From Octopus bimaculoides (taxonomy: Eukaryota): DNA of 37,962 bases. Shown one piece after another: positions 35,344 through 37,962 of this stretch. The DNA lies in assembly GCF_001194135.2 (NCBI RefSeq), contig NC_068993.1, forward strand, positions 12,950,488-12,988,449, given 5' to 3'. The first letter of the stretch is position 1. Each line of letters opens with the position of its first letter. A program made the position numbers and the translations under genes. The notes under the pieces are model-generated. The model did no database searches. It was not told where the DNA came from and was given only the letters and a program-made list of their open reading frames with translations.

Positions 35344-35999
35344 GAGAACGAAAGAATTGGTGATGTTTATATACATTACTCAACTTGCAGGCAATGTGGT
35401 AGTTATGGTAGAAAACATGGCGGCTCTCTTTCCTTCTCTCTAAACAGACATTATCAGAAATATAAACAGTGTTTGAGAAGCCGACGCGCAGACAGTCTAC
35501 AGTTTCTCGGCCATTATTATTATCATTATTTTTATGACTACTACTACTACTACTACTACTACTAGTAGTAGTAGTAGTAGTAGTAGTACCGTTATCATCA
35601 TCATCATGGTTGATGCGTTAATTAAAAAGCTTCTAGACTTTCTTGGTTACAGATCTTACTAGCTTTGGCTACTACACTTAATGGAAAATAGTTTAAATAC
35701 CAAGTTTAGTTAGTGGAAAAAAAATTTGCCAAACTTGACAGAATGAACTTCCTGTAATCTAAAACTGTTCTTTTCGCTGGAGAAATGATATAACGCTACA
35801 GTGGGATGACTCAATCATTTACCAACTGAATCACCATCACACACTCTCACACTCTTATACGTCTACAAATAGGAAGCGATATCGATATATAGTAACATTA
35901 TGTAGGCTATTACGAATACATAGACGTAGATACATAAATAGAGAAAGACATTCACACAGAAATATAAAAAATCATACAAAAAAAAAGAAAAGAGAAAAT

Positions 36000-37420
36000 A
36001 ATGCCCAGGCCAAACCACTTCATTTATGTTTCGAAAGTTTTCCGGAAGTGATAAAATTCCCCAAACCTAAAAGAGGACATTTGTATTATACATAAGGGAG
36101 CAATCAGAGCAGATGCAAACAATTACAGGCCCGATATCTCTGGCTTCACATGTCAACAGGGTCATGGAACGATTCATCAGGGAGAAACCGATTATGTTCA
36201 TAGAGAAAAATATCTTGCTAAGTGATACTCAACATGGTTTCCGCCCAAGTGGAAGCTGCTTCATGCAGCTGCTTAGCATTATGTTTGTATGCTGAAGCAT
36301 CTAGTCCAACATAGGTGTGGTGTACCTGAGATTTGCAAAATCTTTCTGTATCTTGATCACAACACAGTATGTCCTAAACTTTAGAACCTTGGTATAATCA
36401 AAAAGCTCGCAGAATAGCTATTTAACTTCATAAAATATGAACGTTAAGTTGTTACAGCCAGCGCTCTTTTGTCTGAAGGGCCCGCTTTTCAGAATGGAGT
36501 ACCACTGGAGACCCTTTTGCGGTTGCTGCTGTTTTGTATTAGTTCTAACAATTTTAGTCTCGTTCCTCAGTAAAAACACTCTCACAAACAATGCTGAGGA
36601 TCCTGATATATCAAAAGCAGTAAAAGATGTTAAGTGCCTAGGTAAGTATCTGGATGTCATATACAGATTATCTGAAGTTAACAACTTGAAATTAAATATA
36701 GGAAGCTTTTATGCGCTTTTCTATTAGCTGATTAATGCAGTAAAGTCTGGTTTCACAAGGCTGAGAATATTAGAAATACCAGAATCGGAAATTTCGTGAT
36801 TTGATAAACAAATGAGTAATGCCACATGTTTTATGAAAATAGCAAACATGTGGAGAAAATTAGCTGAATTTGTTCTAAGAATATACAGATGAGATCATGA
36901 TCTACACTGGAAGAAATTTCGTTTTAGTTTTGTTGATAAGCCAGAGGACAAATTCAAAAACAAACAAAAGATAGATTGATTCAATACAACAGAGGAATCA
37001 TATGACGTTCGAAACATTGAAATTGTATTCCTTGAAGAAAAGAAACGAACGAGAATCAAGCATCTATATATGGAAAGTGCTGGATGGATGGGGTGATATT
37101 TCTGGCACATCATTGGACCTCATATACGTTTCTCTCATTGGTATGTTCTGTAAGTTTAGAATCCCCATCTCGGCGTTGCAAAAGCAATCCAAAATCATCC
37201 AAAGTAATATTTTTGGTAGGAGTGAGTGTATGGTTATGGGCGTTTCCGCAATCATGTCCAGTCGAATACCAGACGACCTAAAGGGCACTACGCCATATTT
37301 ATTACAAATTTTACTCCCGAAGCTTTTACCCACGATGCTGTATGTTCATACACAGCTGACGAACTTAAATTCTGAACAGGCACTCATGCCATGCATTATG
37401 GAAAGCGTGAAGGCTAAGAA
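36000..37420 (+). pseudogene. 5'-truncated, decayed CR1-group LINE (reverse transcriptase and C-terminus)
   Basis: LKEDICIIHKGAIRADANNYRP / ISLASHVNRVMERFIR...LLSDTQHGFRPSGSCFMQLL, VVYL.FAKSF, GVP.....LLF, NAEDPDIS (decayed YADD), YRLSEVNNLKLN, LKLYSLKKRNERESSIYIWKVLDG. Many frameshifts and stops. Confidence 0.88.
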
Positions 37421-37777
37421 TTTATTTTTCGTTTTCACTACTGTAGATTAGTCATTGCAGTCGGGTGTTCCAGATGTTTCCTTCGTTCGCTCTAGTGTTC
37501 AATTAAAGACGTGATGCCCACGATAATAAAAGGATAAATGGCTATTTGTAAGTGCGATGTAAAGAAAAGTCAAAGGAATTGATATCTACAATTGCTGAGT
37601 TTTTATTAAACAAGGAATGTTTGGAGCTAACTAGAGCATTCACATATTTTGCTGAAGTCGTGGTCTCTTGTGATGTATCATTTTGTAGATTTCCACCATT
37701 TCTAGAATATGAAAGTCTTGATGTCTTCGTTACAGCCATCAGCTCTACGAAAATTGTATACGTGTCTCTGCGTGAAT

Positions 37778-37778
37778 T

Positions 37779-37821
<43 letters not shown>

Positions 37822-37962
37822 GTATAATTATATATATACATATATATATTTATATATATAAACTTGATACATATCTATAAATTTGATATATGTATGTATG
37901 TATATATATATATATATATATATATAAATGTATGTATGTATATATATATATATAAATGTATG
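37778..37962. repeat. Compound (TA)n/(TATG)n microsatellite
   Basis: Directly visible; runs off the window end. Confidence 0.95.

Overview
Eukaryotic, AT-rich, extremely microsatellite-dense DNA with 14 assembly gaps (about 2.8 kb of N; 13 abut a simple repeat). The repeat families look like those of Octopus (inference from recognition, not a search). No complete protein-coding gene is recognisable, and almost all supplied ORFs are translations of microsatellites or N runs. The window reads as a large intron or intergenic tract. It holds: (i) at least three families of tRNA-headed SINEs in many copies, some with target-site duplications, one family with a built-in microsatellite and one with interchangeable heads and tails; (ii) decayed transposon fossils: an R4/Dong-like non-LTR element (13.9-15.4 kb, minus), an internally deleted Tigger/pogo (31.0-32.0 kb), a hAT-type MITE (33743-34094) and a CR1-like LINE reverse transcriptase (36.0-37.4 kb); (iii) a Penelope-like terminus at 17.8-18.06 kb with a minimal type I hammerhead ribozyme motif back-to-back with an intact tRNA-like Pol III promoter, the most interesting item; (iv) one well-formed 63-nt candidate exon on + (29317-29379). 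Several palindromic structures are also noted.
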